Source: Candidatus Leptofilum proximum (GTDB lineage: Bacteria > Chloroflexota > Anaerolineae > Promineifilales > Promineifilaceae). From it: DNA of 64,000 bases. The DNA lies in NCBI GenBank assembly GCA_016710325.1, contig JADJXK010000002.1, positions 946,622-1,010,621 of the forward strand, given 5' to 3'. Positions 28,119 to 37,693 of this stretch are shown here, piece by piece. Position 1 is the stretch's first letter, and every line of letters begins with the position of its first letter. The notes below the pieces were generated by a model. That model saw nothing but the letters and a program-made list of their open reading frames with translations, ran no database searches and was not told the DNA's origin. Position numbers and translations under genes: made by a program.

Positions 28119-30173
28119 TCAAACCAATCCCAGGGCAACCAGGATCAGATCAATCAACTTAATGCCCACAAATGGGGCCACCAGCCCGCCCAGGCCATAA
28201 ATCAGCAGATTGTCGCGCAGCAGCCGCGCCGCGGGCAGCGGTCGGTAAGGCACGCCGCGCAGGGCCAGCGGCACCAGGGCAATGATCACCAGGGCGTTAA
28301 AAATGACGGCCGACAAAATGGCGCTTTGCGGTGTGGCCAGGCCCATAAAATTCAAGGCACTCAGGGCCGGATAGGTGGCTGCAAACGCCGCCGGAATGAT
28401 GGCAAAATATTTCGCCACGTCATTGGCCACGCTGAAGGTAGTTAGTGCCCCGCGGGTCATCAACAGCTGCTTGCCAATTTCCACGATTTCAATCAGCTTG
28501 GTCGGGTCGCTGTCCAAGTCGACCATGTTAGCCGCCTCGCGGGCGGGCTGCGTGCCGCTGTTCATGGCCACAGCTACGTCGGCCTGGGCCAGGGCTGGCG
28601 CGTCGTTGGTGCCGTCGCCAGTCATGGCCACCAGCCGCCCCTCAGCCTGATATTGGCGGATAAGTTTGAGCTTGGCTTCAGGTGTTGCCTCGGCCAGAAA
28701 GTCATCCACGCCCGCTTCGGCAGCGATGGCGGTGGCCGTCAGCGGGTTGTCGCCAGTGATCATCACCGTTTTAATGCCCATCGCCCGCATTTGCCGGAAG
28801 CGCTCCTTCATGCCCGGTTTCACCACGTCCTTCAGGTGCACCACGCCGATGGCCCGGCCGTTGCGAGCTACCGCCAGCGGGGTGCCCCCCGTACGCGCAA
28901 TGGTTTCAACGGCCGTTTGCAGCGCCCCCGGTATCGTTCCCCCGTGTTCCCGCACGTGCTGCATGATGGTATCTGGCGCGCCCTTTCGGACCGAGTCGCC
29001 GTTCAGATTGATGCCGCTCATGCGCGTCTGGGCGGTGAAGGGGATAAATTCGGCCGATTGTGTGGGGTGGCCATTTGGTTTCAGGTCAAACTCCTTTTCA
29101 GCCAGGGCCACGATGCTGCGCCCTTCCGGGGTTTCATCGGCCAGCGAGGCCAGCTGCGTCAGCCGGGCTAATTCCTGTTTGCGCACGCCGCCCACCGGCA
29201 CAAATTCCACCGCTTGCCGGTTACCCAGGGTAATGGTGCCGGTCTTATCCAGCAGGAGCACATCCACGTCCCCGGCCGCTTCCACCGCCCGGCCAGACAT
29301 GGCCAGCACGTTGCGCCGGATCAGCCGGTCCATCCCGGCAATGCCGATGGCATTCAGCAGCCCGCCAATGGTCGTGGGAATGAGGCAAACCAGCAGGGCG
29401 ACGAGGACGGTGACGGTGACGGCCGTTCCCTGCCCCGCCGCCTGCACGCTGTAAATTGAAAACGGCAGCAGCGTGGCCACCACTACCAGAAAGACGATGG
29501 TGAACCCGGCCAGCAAAATCGTAAGGGCGATTTCGTTGGGCGTCTTTTGCCGCTTGGCCCCTTCCACCAGGCTGATCATCCGGTCCAGAAAACCTTCACC
29601 GGGATTGCTGGTAATCTTCACCACCAGCCAGTCGGAAATAACCCGCGTACCGCCGGTGACGGCGCTGCGGTCGCCGCCCGACTCGCGGATAACCGGCGCA
29701 CTCTCACCGGTTACGGCGCTTTCATCAACGGCGGCAATCCCCATGACCACCTCGCCATCAGCGGGGATAATGTCGCCCGCTTCCACCAGGACCAGGTCGC
29801 CCTGGCGTAGTTCCGTTGAGGCCACAATTTGCTTGAGGGCTTTGGGATCCACCGCTGCCAGCTTTTTGGCCGGGGTTTCGGTCCGGGTGCGGCGCAGCGC
29901 ATCGGCCTGGGCTTTGCCCCGTCCTTCGGCCAATGCTTCGGCAAAGTTGGCAAAAAGCACAGTAAACCAGAGCCAGGCAGCGATGGTTCCGGTAAAGGCA
30001 GGATCGTCGTCAACCGCCGCAACGCCAAACAGGGCGAGGACAAACAAAAATGTTAGCAGCAAACTGCCAATTTCCACAACAAACATCACCGGGTTGCGCA
30101 CCAAGTGGCGCGGATTTAGCTTGACAAAGGCATCGCCCAAGGCACGGCGGTACAGTTTTTGATTGTTGTTCAT
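28119..30173 (-). CDS. kdpB: K+-transporting P-type ATPase subunit B
   Basis: DKTGTIT phosphorylation motif, MITGDN and [17 protein letters not shown]. Confidence 0.97.
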   Translation of the reverse strand: MNNNQKLYRRALGDAFVKLNPRHLVRNPVMFVVEIGSLLLTFLFVLALFGVAAVDDDPAFTGTIAAWLWFTVLFANFAEALAEGRGKAQADALRRTRTETPAKKLAAVDPKALKQIVASTELRQGDLVLVEAGDIIPADGEVVMGIAAVDESAVTGESAPVIRESGGDRSAVTGGTRVISDWLVVKITSNPGEGFLDRMISLVEGAKRQKTPNEIALTILLAGFTIVFLVVVATLLPFSIYSVQAAGQGTAVTVTVLVALLVCLIPTTIGGLLNAIGIAGMDRLIRRNVLAMSGRAVEAAGDVDVLLLDKTGTITLGNRQAVEFVPVGGVRKQELARLTQLASLADETPEGRSIVALAEKEFDLKPNGHPTQSAEFIPFTAQTRMSGINLNGDSVRKGAPDTIMQHVREHGGTIPGALQTAVETIARTGGTPLAVARNGRAIGVVHLKDVVKPGMKERFRQMRAMGIKTVMITGDNPLTATAIAAEAGVDDFLAEATPEAKLKLIRQYQAEGRLVAMTGDGTNDAPALAQADVAVAMNSGTQPAREAANMVDLDSDPTKLIEIVEIGKQLLMTRGALTTFSVANDVAKYFAIIPAAFAATYPALSALNFMGLATPQSAILSAVIFNALVIIALVPLALRGVPYRPLPAARLLRDNLLIYGLGGLVAPFVGIKLIDLILVALGLV

Positions 30174-30183
30174 AAAAACTCAC

Positions 30184-31911
30184 CTACAACAGCAGCTGTT
30201 CGACGATTGGCCCCAGGGCCAACGCCGGTAAAAAAGCCAGCGCCCCAACCAGCAGCACGATGGCAATCAGCCAGCCAACGAAGAGCGGCGAATCGGTGGG
30301 CAGTGTGCCGGCGCTGGCGGGCACGGTTTGCTTGCGCGCCAGCGACCCGGCAATGGCCAGAACCGGGATCATGAGCCAGTAGCGGGCCATGAGCATGGCC
30401 AACGCGCCGCTTATGGGGTAGAAGGGATGGCTGCCGTTGATCCCGGCAAAGGCGCTGCCGTTGTTGTTGCCCTGGGAACTGAAGGCATACAGAATCTGGC
30501 TGAAGCCATGAGGTCCGGGATTGGTCGCCCCGCTTTGGCCGCCCTCGATAACGACAGCAACGGCCGTTCCCAACAACACCACCAGCGGTGGAATGAGGAT
30601 AATCAGCGTGGCCATCTTCATCTCAAACACCTCGATTTTCTTGCCGAAGTATTCCGGCGTGCGTCCCACCATCAGCCCGGCCACAAACACAGCCACGATG
30701 GCAAAGGCCAGCAGGCCATACAGCCCAGAGCCCACCCCGCCGAAGATGACTTCACCTAACTGCATCAGCAGCAGCGGAGCCAGCCCGCCCAGTGGCGTAT
30801 ACGCATCGTGCATAGAATTGACGGAGCCGTTGGAAGCGGCCGTTGTCGCCGTGGCCCAGAGAGCGGAGTTAACGATGCCCAAACGCGCCTCTTTGCCCTC
30901 CATGTTGCCGCCGGGCTGCGCGGCACTGGCCGCCTGCTCCACCCCCAGCGCGGCCAACCGGGGATTGCCTTGCTGTTCAGCGTAAACGGCCGTCCCCAAA
31001 AAACCCACAAAAATAATGACCATCACCGCCAGCAGGGCATGGCCCTGCCGTCGGCTGCCAACCAATTCGCCAAAGGTAAAACAAAGCGCCGCCGGAATCA
31101 GCAGGATGGCCAGCATTTGCCCCAGGTTGCTGAGCGGCGTTGGGTTTTCCAGGGGATGGGCGGAGTTGACGTTGAAGAAGCCGCCGCCGTTGGTGCCCAG
31201 CTGTTTAATGGCCACCTGCGAGGCAGCCGGACCGCGGGCAATCGTTTGGGTGCTCACGGCTGTGCCCTCAGCGGCGGTTACATCGAGCAGGACGGCCGTT
31301 TCTGCCCCGGCAAACGTCTGCACTACCCCTTGCGACACCAGGAAAATGGCCAGGACGAAGGCCAGCGGCAGCAGGATGTAGAGCACACTGCGGCTCATAT
31401 CCACCCAAAAGCTGCCCAGCTTGTCGGTGCGCTGGCGGCTCAGGCCGCGAATGAGGGCCACCAACACCGCCATGCCGCTGGCCGCCGAAAGAAAGTTTTG
31501 CACCGCCAGCCCCAGCATTTGTGAGAGGTAGCTCAGGGTAGTTTCGCCGCTGTAGAACTGCCAATTGGTGTTGGAGGCGAAGGAAACGGCCGTATTAAAA
31601 GCGAGTTCGGGGGAAACGGCCGTTAGCCCATCGGGGTTGAGCGGCAGCCAGGCCTGCCAACGCAGCAGCAAATAAACCACCAGGAATCCGGCGGCGTTAA
31701 ACAGCAGCAATGCCAGGGCATACTGCTGCCAGGTCATTTCCTGGTTTTCGTCTATTCCAGCCAGACGGTAAAAGAGGCGTTCCAGGGGGCGGAACGGCCG
31801 TAGCAGCCAAAGCTGTTCTCCCTGGTAGATGCGGGCCATAGCCACACCTAACGGCCAGGCCAGCAGCAAAAGCAGCACCAGATAAATTGAAATTTGCATC
31901 AAGGCATTCAT
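30184..31911 (-). CDS. kdpA: K+-transporting ATPase subunit A
   Basis: About 575 aa, polytopic. NTNWQ.Y.GE and GTNGGGF selectivity-filter-like motifs. ATG at 31911, 2 nt after the kdpF stop. Confidence 0.95.
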   Translation of the reverse strand: MNALMQISIYLVLLLLLAWPLGVAMARIYQGEQLWLLRPFRPLERLFYRLAGIDENQEMTWQQYALALLLFNAAGFLVVYLLLRWQAWLPLNPDGLTAVSPELAFNTAVSFASNTNWQFYSGETTLSYLSQMLGLAVQNFLSAASGMAVLVALIRGLSRQRTDKLGSFWVDMSRSVLYILLPLAFVLAIFLVSQGVVQTFAGAETAVLLDVTAAEGTAVSTQTIARGPAASQVAIKQLGTNGGGFFNVNSAHPLENPTPLSNLGQMLAILLIPAALCFTFGELVGSRRQGHALLAVMVIIFVGFLGTAVYAEQQGNPRLAALGVEQAASAAQPGGNMEGKEARLGIVNSALWATATTAASNGSVNSMHDAYTPLGGLAPLLLMQLGEVIFGGVGSGLYGLLAFAIVAVFVAGLMVGRTPEYFGKKIEVFEMKMATLIILIPPLVVLLGTAVAVVIEGGQSGATNPGPHGFSQILYAFSSQGNNNGSAFAGINGSHPFYPISGALAMLMARYWLMIPVLAIAGSLARKQTVPASAGTLPTDSPLFVGWLIAIVLLVGALAFLPALALGPIVEQLLL

Positions 31912-31913
31912 CG

Positions 31914-32003
31914 TTAAAACCACTCCGGTTTGACCAGGGCGACAAACAGGTAAATTAACAAGATCAGGGCCAGAACGGCCGAGATTCCATACAACCAGAT
32001 CAT
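31914..32003 (-). CDS. kdpF: K+-transporting ATPase subunit F (29 aa)
   Basis: Hand translation gives MIWLYGISAVLALILLIYLFVALVKPEWF. This is a single TM segment with the KdpF-like YL..AL..PE.F ending, directly upstream of kdpA. It is not in the supplied ORF track because it is under 60 aa. Confidence 0.8.
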   Translation of the reverse strand: MIWLYGISAVLALILLIYLFVALVKPEWF

Positions 32004-32101
32004 GATTCTGCTCCTGACAGCTTGCTTAAAGCGACGATCAAGCCTGCGCTGCCCACAAAGAAAACGGCCGTCAGCAGCAGCAAAATAAAGTCCATCGACA
32101 T
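32000..32101 (-). CDS. Hypothetical 33-aa hydrophobic peptide overlapping the kdpF start
   Basis: Hand translation gives MSMDFILLLLTAVFFVGSAGLIVALSKLSGAES. GGAGG lies 7 nt upstream. Its TGA overlaps the kdpF ATG (ATGA). Confidence 0.35.
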   Translation of the reverse strand: MSMDFILLLLTAVFFVGSAGLIVALSKLSGAES

Positions 32102-32166
32102 CAACTGCCTCCTTTCAGCAGAATTGAAATTCGCTTCGAATATAGCGGGAAAGGCATCAAGGAAAG

Positions 32167-32184
32167 GTTTAGGATATGTTTAGG
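32167..32184 (-). promoter_or_regulatory. Candidate response-regulator (KdpE-type) direct-repeat box upstream of the kdp operon
   Basis: On the minus strand CCTAAAC occurs twice with 11-bp spacing (plus-strand GTTTAGG at 32167 and 32178). It lies about 23-45 nt upstream of a TATATT -10-like hexamer (32139..32144). Confidence 0.25.
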
Positions 32185-32199
32185 GATGTAGAGAAAGCA

Positions 32200-32703
32200 T
32201 CAAGACAGGTGTTGTTCCAGCAAGTGGGCCATGTCGTTTTGCAGCGTAATGGGCGGCGTCCAGACAAGGGAGGGTTTGAGGTCGTTTAGGGGGAAAAACA
32301 ACTGCTGCTGCCGACCCAGCCGAAGGCGCAGCCACCGCTGCCGGAACTCCTGCCAGTAGGGAAAAGCTGAAGGAGGGATGTGGGCGATAACGGCCGTTGC
32401 CTTCAGCTGAGCCGCCGCGTCGACAATTCCTGGCCAGTAATTAGCGTATTGAAACAGCTGAACGTTTACTGAGACACCGTAATCTTCGGCCGTTGCCACC
32501 ATTTCTTCCAATTCGAGAGCATCTTCAGCGGCAAAATCTAGATAACCTGTTTCTGTGCCCAACAACGCCGGATGCCGTACCGGAATCATTTTTAATAGCA
32601 GCACTTCGATATCACCGCGCCGCGACATGGCGCAGACTAGATGCAGCGCAGCCAATGTCCAGGCTTTATTACCCATAATAATCATCAGTCGAAACTTTTT
32701 CAT
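32200..32703 (-). CDS. Hypothetical protein, USP-like (adenine-nucleotide alpha-hydrolase-like) fold suspected; paralog of 34872..35426
   Basis: 167 aa. FRLMIIMGNKAWTLAALHLVCAMSRRGDIEVLLLKMIPVRHPALLGTE aligns almost residue for residue with the 184-aa paralog. The beta-alpha-beta pattern resembles Usp, but no G-x2-G-x9-G(S/T) ATP motif is present. Confidence 0.6.
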   Translation of the reverse strand: MKKFRLMIIMGNKAWTLAALHLVCAMSRRGDIEVLLLKMIPVRHPALLGTETGYLDFAAEDALELEEMVATAEDYGVSVNVQLFQYANYWPGIVDAAAQLKATAVIAHIPPSAFPYWQEFRQRWLRLRLGRQQQLFFPLNDLKPSLVWTPPITLQNDMAHLLEQHLS

Positions 32704-32897
32704 AAACAGCTCCTATTTGCCTGGTTCAGACCATGGCGGCAAGACAAATCGCATGGGGAACGACTAACAGGAGCTTACAAGAAATGAAATTAAGTTTGTG
32801 TATAGACTGTCAATAAAGGTGACAAATCTGGATCAAGTTTTGTACCCAGAGGTTAAGATTCTGTAAGGACCATCCGCGCAAAATGGGTGACAGCAGG

Positions 32898-34871
32898 CTA
32901 TCGCATCTCGTCTGACCTGAACAGATTTTGATCTACCGGATGGCCATTTCCGTTTTTGCGCCGAATCTGGTGCGGAACGATGGTCAGCACCACCCGCTCC
33001 AGACCATTCAGGGCCAGGTTAAAGATGAGAACGCTGTTCTGGTGCAGCATTTGTTCCCACGCCGTCTCCATGGCCAGGTGCCCCACCACCACATGAATGA
33101 TGGTGTCTGGATTTTCCACCAGGAGTTTTTCCACGTACGTCCGTATTGGCCGGTTGAGCTGCCGGTACGGCGACGGCACCACCACCAGCTTGCCTTCGCC
33201 GATAATCGCATTCCACTGGGCCATGACTTTGCTGGCTTTTTCTGGGTTAATGCCAACGTGTACCGCGTGCCACGGGTGGTTCAGCGATTTGGCAAAATTG
33301 ACCAGTTCCAGCGTGCCGGAGTGAACCCCATCCACCAGCACCAGCGTTTGTACGGGAAAGGTGGTGACGTCATAGTGGTGGGCATCCAGGTGCAGGTTAC
33401 GCGCCACGGCCTTGTAATGATGGTGAACCCGGAAAAAGGCAAACACCAACACCGGAATGAGCACAATGACAAACCAGGCGCCAGAGGTGAACTTGGTAAT
33501 GGCAAAAATGAGCATCACAATGCCGGTGCAGACGGCGCCAAAAGCGCTGATGACCATTTTCAGCCGCCAGCGTGGATCATACTCCATCATGGTTTCCAGA
33601 CCCTGAACCTTTTCGCCGGGCTTTAAACGGCCGATTTTCCGCAGCCGCACCACCATACCCGATTGCGAAATGGTAAAGCTCAGAAACACGCCAATGGCAT
33701 ACAAAGGAATCAGTGCCGTGGTGCGGGCATTCATCACAATCACCAGCAGCGAGGCCATGACCGCCAGCGTAATGATCCCCCAGTTGAAGACCAAACGGCC
33801 GCCGCGATAAGTCAACTGGCGCGGCAAAAAGCCATCACCCGCGTGCAGCGCCGCCAGCCGGGGGAAATCGGCGTAGCTGGTGTTGGCCGCCATCAGCAAA
33901 ATCAGGGCAGTGCCAGCCACGATGGCCAGGTAGAGAATGCTGCCATCACCAAATACCACCCGCCCCAGCTGAGAAATCACTGTTTCCGCTTCGCTGGGCA
34001 GCGCCTGAATCTGGTGCGCCAGAAAGGTAATGGTGAGAAAAATGGAAATCAGAATACCGCTCATCCATTGCAGGGTAACGGCCGCATTGTGGCTGGGCGG
34101 CTCTTTAAACGCCGTAATCCCATTGGAAATCGCCTCGATGCCGGTCAGGGCGGCCGAACCGCTGGAAAAGGCGCGCAGAATGAGGAAAAGGGTCAACGCC
34201 TCCACCGCGCCGGTTTCCACCATCTCCACACCGGTCACCACACCCAGGGTCCCCGTAAAATACCGGAACATGCCCACCACGAGCGTCAGCAGCATGGTGC
34301 CCAGGAAAAAGTAGGTGGGGATGGCAAAAACGGTGCCACTTTCCTTCACGCCGCGCAAATTCACCAGGGTCATCACCAAAATCACCAGCAGGGCCATCTC
34401 CACGCGAAACGGCAGCAAGGTGGGAAACGCCGAGACGATTTGGGCCACGCCAGAGGAAATGCTCACGGCAACGGTCAGGATGTAGTCGGTTAGCAGCGCG
34501 GCCCCGGCAATTTGGGCCGCCACCTCGCCCAGGTTGTCACGGGCCACAATGTAGGCGCCACCGCCGTTAGGGTAGGCGTAAATCGTCTGGCGATAAGAAA
34601 TCGTGACAATCGTTAGCAGCACGGCAATGGCGATGGAGAGCGGGATGGAAATCCCTAGAATGGCGCTACTCGTACCGGCCAGGGCCAGGATGAAGAGGAT
34701 CTCTTCAGTGGCGTAAGCCGTGGAAGAAAGCGCATCGGAGGCAAAAACGGCCAAGCCGATGATGCGGTTGACTTTTTGGTGTTCCAGATCGCGGGTGGCA
34801 ATGGGCTTACCGAAGAGAAATTGCGAAAGGGAAAAGCGCGAGGGCTTTTGCGGTGAAGTAATGTTGTCCAT
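32898..34871 (-). CDS. APC-superfamily permease with a C-terminal cytoplasmic domain, KimA-like (putative K+/H+ symporter)
   Basis: 657 aa. From memory, FLFGKPIATRDLEHQKV...ASDALSSTAYATEEIL and SYRQTIYAYPNGGGAYIVARDNLGE resemble the KimA (YdaO) family. It has about 12 TM segments plus a soluble tail of about 200 aa. Confidence 0.8.
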   Translation of the reverse strand: MDNITSPQKPSRFSLSQFLFGKPIATRDLEHQKVNRIIGLAVFASDALSSTAYATEEILFILALAGTSSAILGISIPLSIAIAVLLTIVTISYRQTIYAYPNGGGAYIVARDNLGEVAAQIAGAALLTDYILTVAVSISSGVAQIVSAFPTLLPFRVEMALLVILVMTLVNLRGVKESGTVFAIPTYFFLGTMLLTLVVGMFRYFTGTLGVVTGVEMVETGAVEALTLFLILRAFSSGSAALTGIEAISNGITAFKEPPSHNAAVTLQWMSGILISIFLTITFLAHQIQALPSEAETVISQLGRVVFGDGSILYLAIVAGTALILLMAANTSYADFPRLAALHAGDGFLPRQLTYRGGRLVFNWGIITLAVMASLLVIVMNARTTALIPLYAIGVFLSFTISQSGMVVRLRKIGRLKPGEKVQGLETMMEYDPRWRLKMVISAFGAVCTGIVMLIFAITKFTSGAWFVIVLIPVLVFAFFRVHHHYKAVARNLHLDAHHYDVTTFPVQTLVLVDGVHSGTLELVNFAKSLNHPWHAVHVGINPEKASKVMAQWNAIIGEGKLVVVPSPYRQLNRPIRTYVEKLLVENPDTIIHVVVGHLAMETAWEQMLHQNSVLIFNLALNGLERVVLTIVPHQIRRKNGNGHPVDQNLFRSDEMR

Positions 34872-35426
34872 TTATTTGTTCCAATTCCTCATGGCAGATG
34901 AGGTTAAATGTATCTGGTGGCGATCCAGCTTGACCGCCAGATCATGTTGCAGCGTCAGCGATGGGGTCCAGGTGAGAGACGGGATGAGGTCATCCAGGGT
35001 GAGCAGCAGCTGGTTTTGCCGCGCCAGCTGACGGTTCAGCAGCCAGCGGCGCACGTGGTGCCAGTAAGGTAGGGTGGTGGGTGAAATATGGGCAATAACG
35101 GCCGTAACCCCCAACGCCTCAGCCGCTCCCACCAGAGCGTGCCAATAATTAGCATACGGGCACACCTGAATCTGCAAACAGACGCCATAATCTTCGGCCG
35201 TCGCCGTCATGTCCTTCAGGACGTCAGCGTCGTCCTGGGTAAAGTCCAAGGCGCCTGCCTCCGTCCCCAGCAGCGCCGGGTGGCGCACCGGCACCATTTT
35301 CAGCAGCACAATATCCGTCTGGCGGCGGCGCGACATGGCGCAGGCCAGGTGCAGCGCCGCCGACGTCCAGGCGAGATCACTCATTACAATCAGCAATCGG
35401 GATTGGCTCACGGCAAACGCCTCCAA
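34872..35426 (-). CDS. Hypothetical USP-like protein, paralog of 32200..32703
   Basis: 184 aa. Its stop codon abuts the ATG of the KimA-like gene (34871), which suggests translational coupling. Confidence 0.6.
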   Translation of the reverse strand: MEAFAVSQSRLLIVMSDLAWTSAALHLACAMSRRRQTDIVLLKMVPVRHPALLGTEAGALDFTQDDADVLKDMTATAEDYGVCLQIQVCPYANYWHALVGAAEALGVTAVIAHISPTTLPYWHHVRRWLLNRQLARQNQLLLTLDDLIPSLTWTPSLTLQHDLAVKLDRHQIHLTSSAMRNWNK

Positions 35427-35577
35427 TAAAGCATCTTTTGGTCCACACTGTTTGTTTTCTGTGGCCCATAACAGCTTATCGTGACGGCCGTAAAAATTGT
35501 GTCAGGGGAAAATGCGACCCGGATTAAGTTTGTATCAAGAAAAGGCCCGGGGAGTTAAGGAATTATCAAGCAGGGTG

Positions 35578-36270
35578 TCAGGCAATATCGACAAAGCGGT
35601 AGCCAATGCCCGGCTCGTTGAGGATGTAACGCACGTTGGCAGCGGGGTCTTCGCGCAGTTTTTTGCGGATCTGGTTAATGTAAGTGCGCACGTAATGGGT
35701 CATCTCGGCGTAGTCGGGACCCCACACTTTGCTGAGGATGGCACGATGGGTCATCAGTTGGCCGGGATGGGTGGCCAGCAGGCACAATACGTCGTATTCG
35801 ATGGGGGTGAGGTGCACGTCTTCGCCACCTACGGTGACCTGGTGTTTAACCAGGTCGATCTTCAAATCGCCAGTCACAATGATGGCCGCGGGGGTGGTGG
35901 CTGGCTCCCGTGCCACCCGCCGCAGCACGGCCTGGATGCGCGCCTTCAGTTCTTCCATGCTGAACGGCTTGGTCAGGTAATCATCGGCCCCGGCGTTAAG
36001 CGCCTGCACCTTGGACCGCTCGTCGCCGCGGACGGAAAGTATGATGATGGGCACATGGCTCCACTGGCGCAGGCGCTGGCATACCTCCAGGCCGTCGATG
36101 CCGCTGCCCAGGGCGATATCTAACACCAGCAGATCCGGTTGGTGCAGGCGTACGGCCGTTAACGCTTCTTCCCCGTTTGCGGCCGTTTCCACCGCATAAC
36201 CGTGTCCGATCAGGCCCGTTTGCAGCAGTTTGCGGATTTGCGGTTCATCATCAACGATCAGAATGCGCAT
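35578..36270 (-). CDS. OmpR-family response regulator, second KdpE-like paralog
   Basis: ILIVDDEPQIRKLL...DLLVLDIALG...ALNAGADDYLTKPFSMEEL plus a winged helix. It overlaps the upstream kinase gene by 20 nt. Confidence 0.88.
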   Translation of the reverse strand: MRILIVDDEPQIRKLLQTGLIGHGYAVETAANGEEALTAVRLHQPDLLVLDIALGSGIDGLEVCQRLRQWSHVPIIILSVRGDERSKVQALNAGADDYLTKPFSMEELKARIQAVLRRVAREPATTPAAIIVTGDLKIDLVKHQVTVGGEDVHLTPIEYDVLCLLATHPGQLMTHRAILSKVWGPDYAEMTHYVRTYINQIRKKLREDPAANVRYILNEPGIGYRFVDIA

Positions 36271-37693
36271 CTGGTTCTTCCGTCAGGGGTGAACGCGGCA
36301 AGGCCATGACAAAGGTTGCTCCACCGCCAGGGGTATCTTCCACCCAGATACGCCCCTGGTGTGCCAGCACAATGCCCTCGCTGATGGCCAGTCCCAGGCC
36401 AACCTGCCCGTTATCACCCCGATAAAATGGTTCCATAATGTGCGCCTTTTCTTCGGCTGGAATGGTCGGGCCGTGATTCACCACGATCAGGCGCACCGTT
36501 TGTTCATCAAAATCGCCGCGAATTTCCACCTGGCTGGCAGGCGGCTCGTAGCGCAGCGCATTGTTGGTAATGTTGCTCAGCGCTTGCAGCATCAGCCCCT
36601 GGTCACAGCGGACCAGCGGCATATCGTCGGGGAAGTCCAGCCGGATGCGGGTGGCGTGGTTCGACTGCCACGCTTTGGCCGCCACGTCCCCGGCAATCTC
36701 TGAAAAGTCGGCCCAATCTTCGTGCAGCTTTAAGGCGCCCGCCTGCAGGCGAGACATTTCCAGCAAGTTCCCCACCAGCTGGTCCAGGGTGTCAGCCTCT
36801 TGCTCAATCACCCGCGTCATTTCCTGTTTTTCGGCCAGAGAGATTTGTTCACGCAGGGCGAGCAGGTTGCTGGCGGCCGTTTTAATAATGGTGATCGGGG
36901 TGCGCAAATCGTGGGAAACGGCGTGCAGCAGCGTCGTCTTCAAACGATCTGCCTCGGCAATGGCCCGGCTGCGCTGCACCTTCTCGGCCAGCTCGATGCG
37001 CTGCAGGGCCATGGCCGCCTGCACCACACAAGACATCAAAAAACGCCGCTGACCTTCCGTTGGCGCGCTGGAAAAATCGGCGCGCAGCGTGCCATAAATC
37101 TGCTCTTTGGTTCCGATCAGAAGGTAAATCGTTGTCTGACTTCGGTCGGTCGGGGGCGATTCTTCCGACGGCAAAATCGTGCAGGCAACGATGGGCAAAT
37201 TTTCCCGGACGACGGCTTGCAGCGTCTGGTAAATTTCGGCGCGTTCGTTGAGGCGGTTAAAGGCGCTGCTTAGTTCATAGAGAATATTTTGCTCATGAGC
37301 GCGGAAACGGGCCATTTCCGCTTGCCGCCGGGCAAAGGCAGCCAGCTGCCCGGTTATCAGCGCCACCAGCAGAAAAATGAACAGGTCGAGCAGTTCTCTG
37401 GGATCTTTAACGGTGAGGGTGTAATACGGCCGTATCAAAAAAAAGTTAAAGCAGAAAAAGCTCACAAAAGCGGCAGTCAATGAGGGTGTGGTGCCCAGCC
37501 AGACGGCCACCACCAGCGTCAGCAAAAGGTAAATCAGCGAAAAATTGGCCAGCGTCAGCGCATTGCGAATGCGCCACAGCGGCAGGGTGACCAGCAGGAC
37601 CAGCCCGGCGGCGATGATGGATCGCAGCGGCACGCGGGTGGGGAGAGGTTTTGTGAAGAGCATATGATGGCTGTCCCGTAAACCGCTAACCAT
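36251..37693 (-). CDS. Sensor histidine kinase resembling the C-terminal half of KdpD (DUF4118-type TM domain, GAF-like, HisKA, HATPase), lacking the KdpD N-terminal and Usp domains
   Basis: FCFNFFLIRPYYTLTV (KdpD membrane-domain signature), H-box AVSHDLRTPIT, N-box ITNNALRY and a G-box. Start is uncertain: ATG at 37693 or 37663, or TTG at 37759. Confidence 0.85.
   Translation of the reverse strand: MVSGLRDSHHMLFTKPLPTRVPLRSIIAAGLVLLVTLPLWRIRNALTLANFSLIYLLLTLVVAVWLGTTPSLTAAFVSFFCFNFFLIRPYYTLTVKDPRELLDLFIFLLVALITGQLAAFARRQAEMARFRAHEQNILYELSSAFNRLNERAEIYQTLQAVVRENLPIVACTILPSEESPPTDRSQTTIYLLIGTKEQIYGTLRADFSSAPTEGQRRFLMSCVVQAAMALQRIELAEKVQRSRAIAEADRLKTTLLHAVSHDLRTPITIIKTAASNLLALREQISLAEKQEMTRVIEQEADTLDQLVGNLLEMSRLQAGALKLHEDWADFSEIAGDVAAKAWQSNHATRIRLDFPDDMPLVRCDQGLMLQALSNITNNALRYEPPASQVEIRGDFDEQTVRLIVVNHGPTIPAEEKAHIMEPFYRGDNGQVGLGLAISEGIVLAHQGRIWVEDTPGGGATFVMALPRSPLTEEPDAHSDR

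Noticed and set aside
32704-32897. A c-di-AMP (ydaO/kimA-type) riboswitch upstream of the KimA-like/USP genes or the kdp operon. Regions 32102..32199 and 35427..35577 were also inspected.
   Set aside because: I could not recognise the conserved pseudo-symmetric ydaO motif by eye in either orientation. Only a TGTCA-N7-TGACA palindrome near 32790-32810 stood out. A covariance-model scan is needed to rule a riboswitch in or out.
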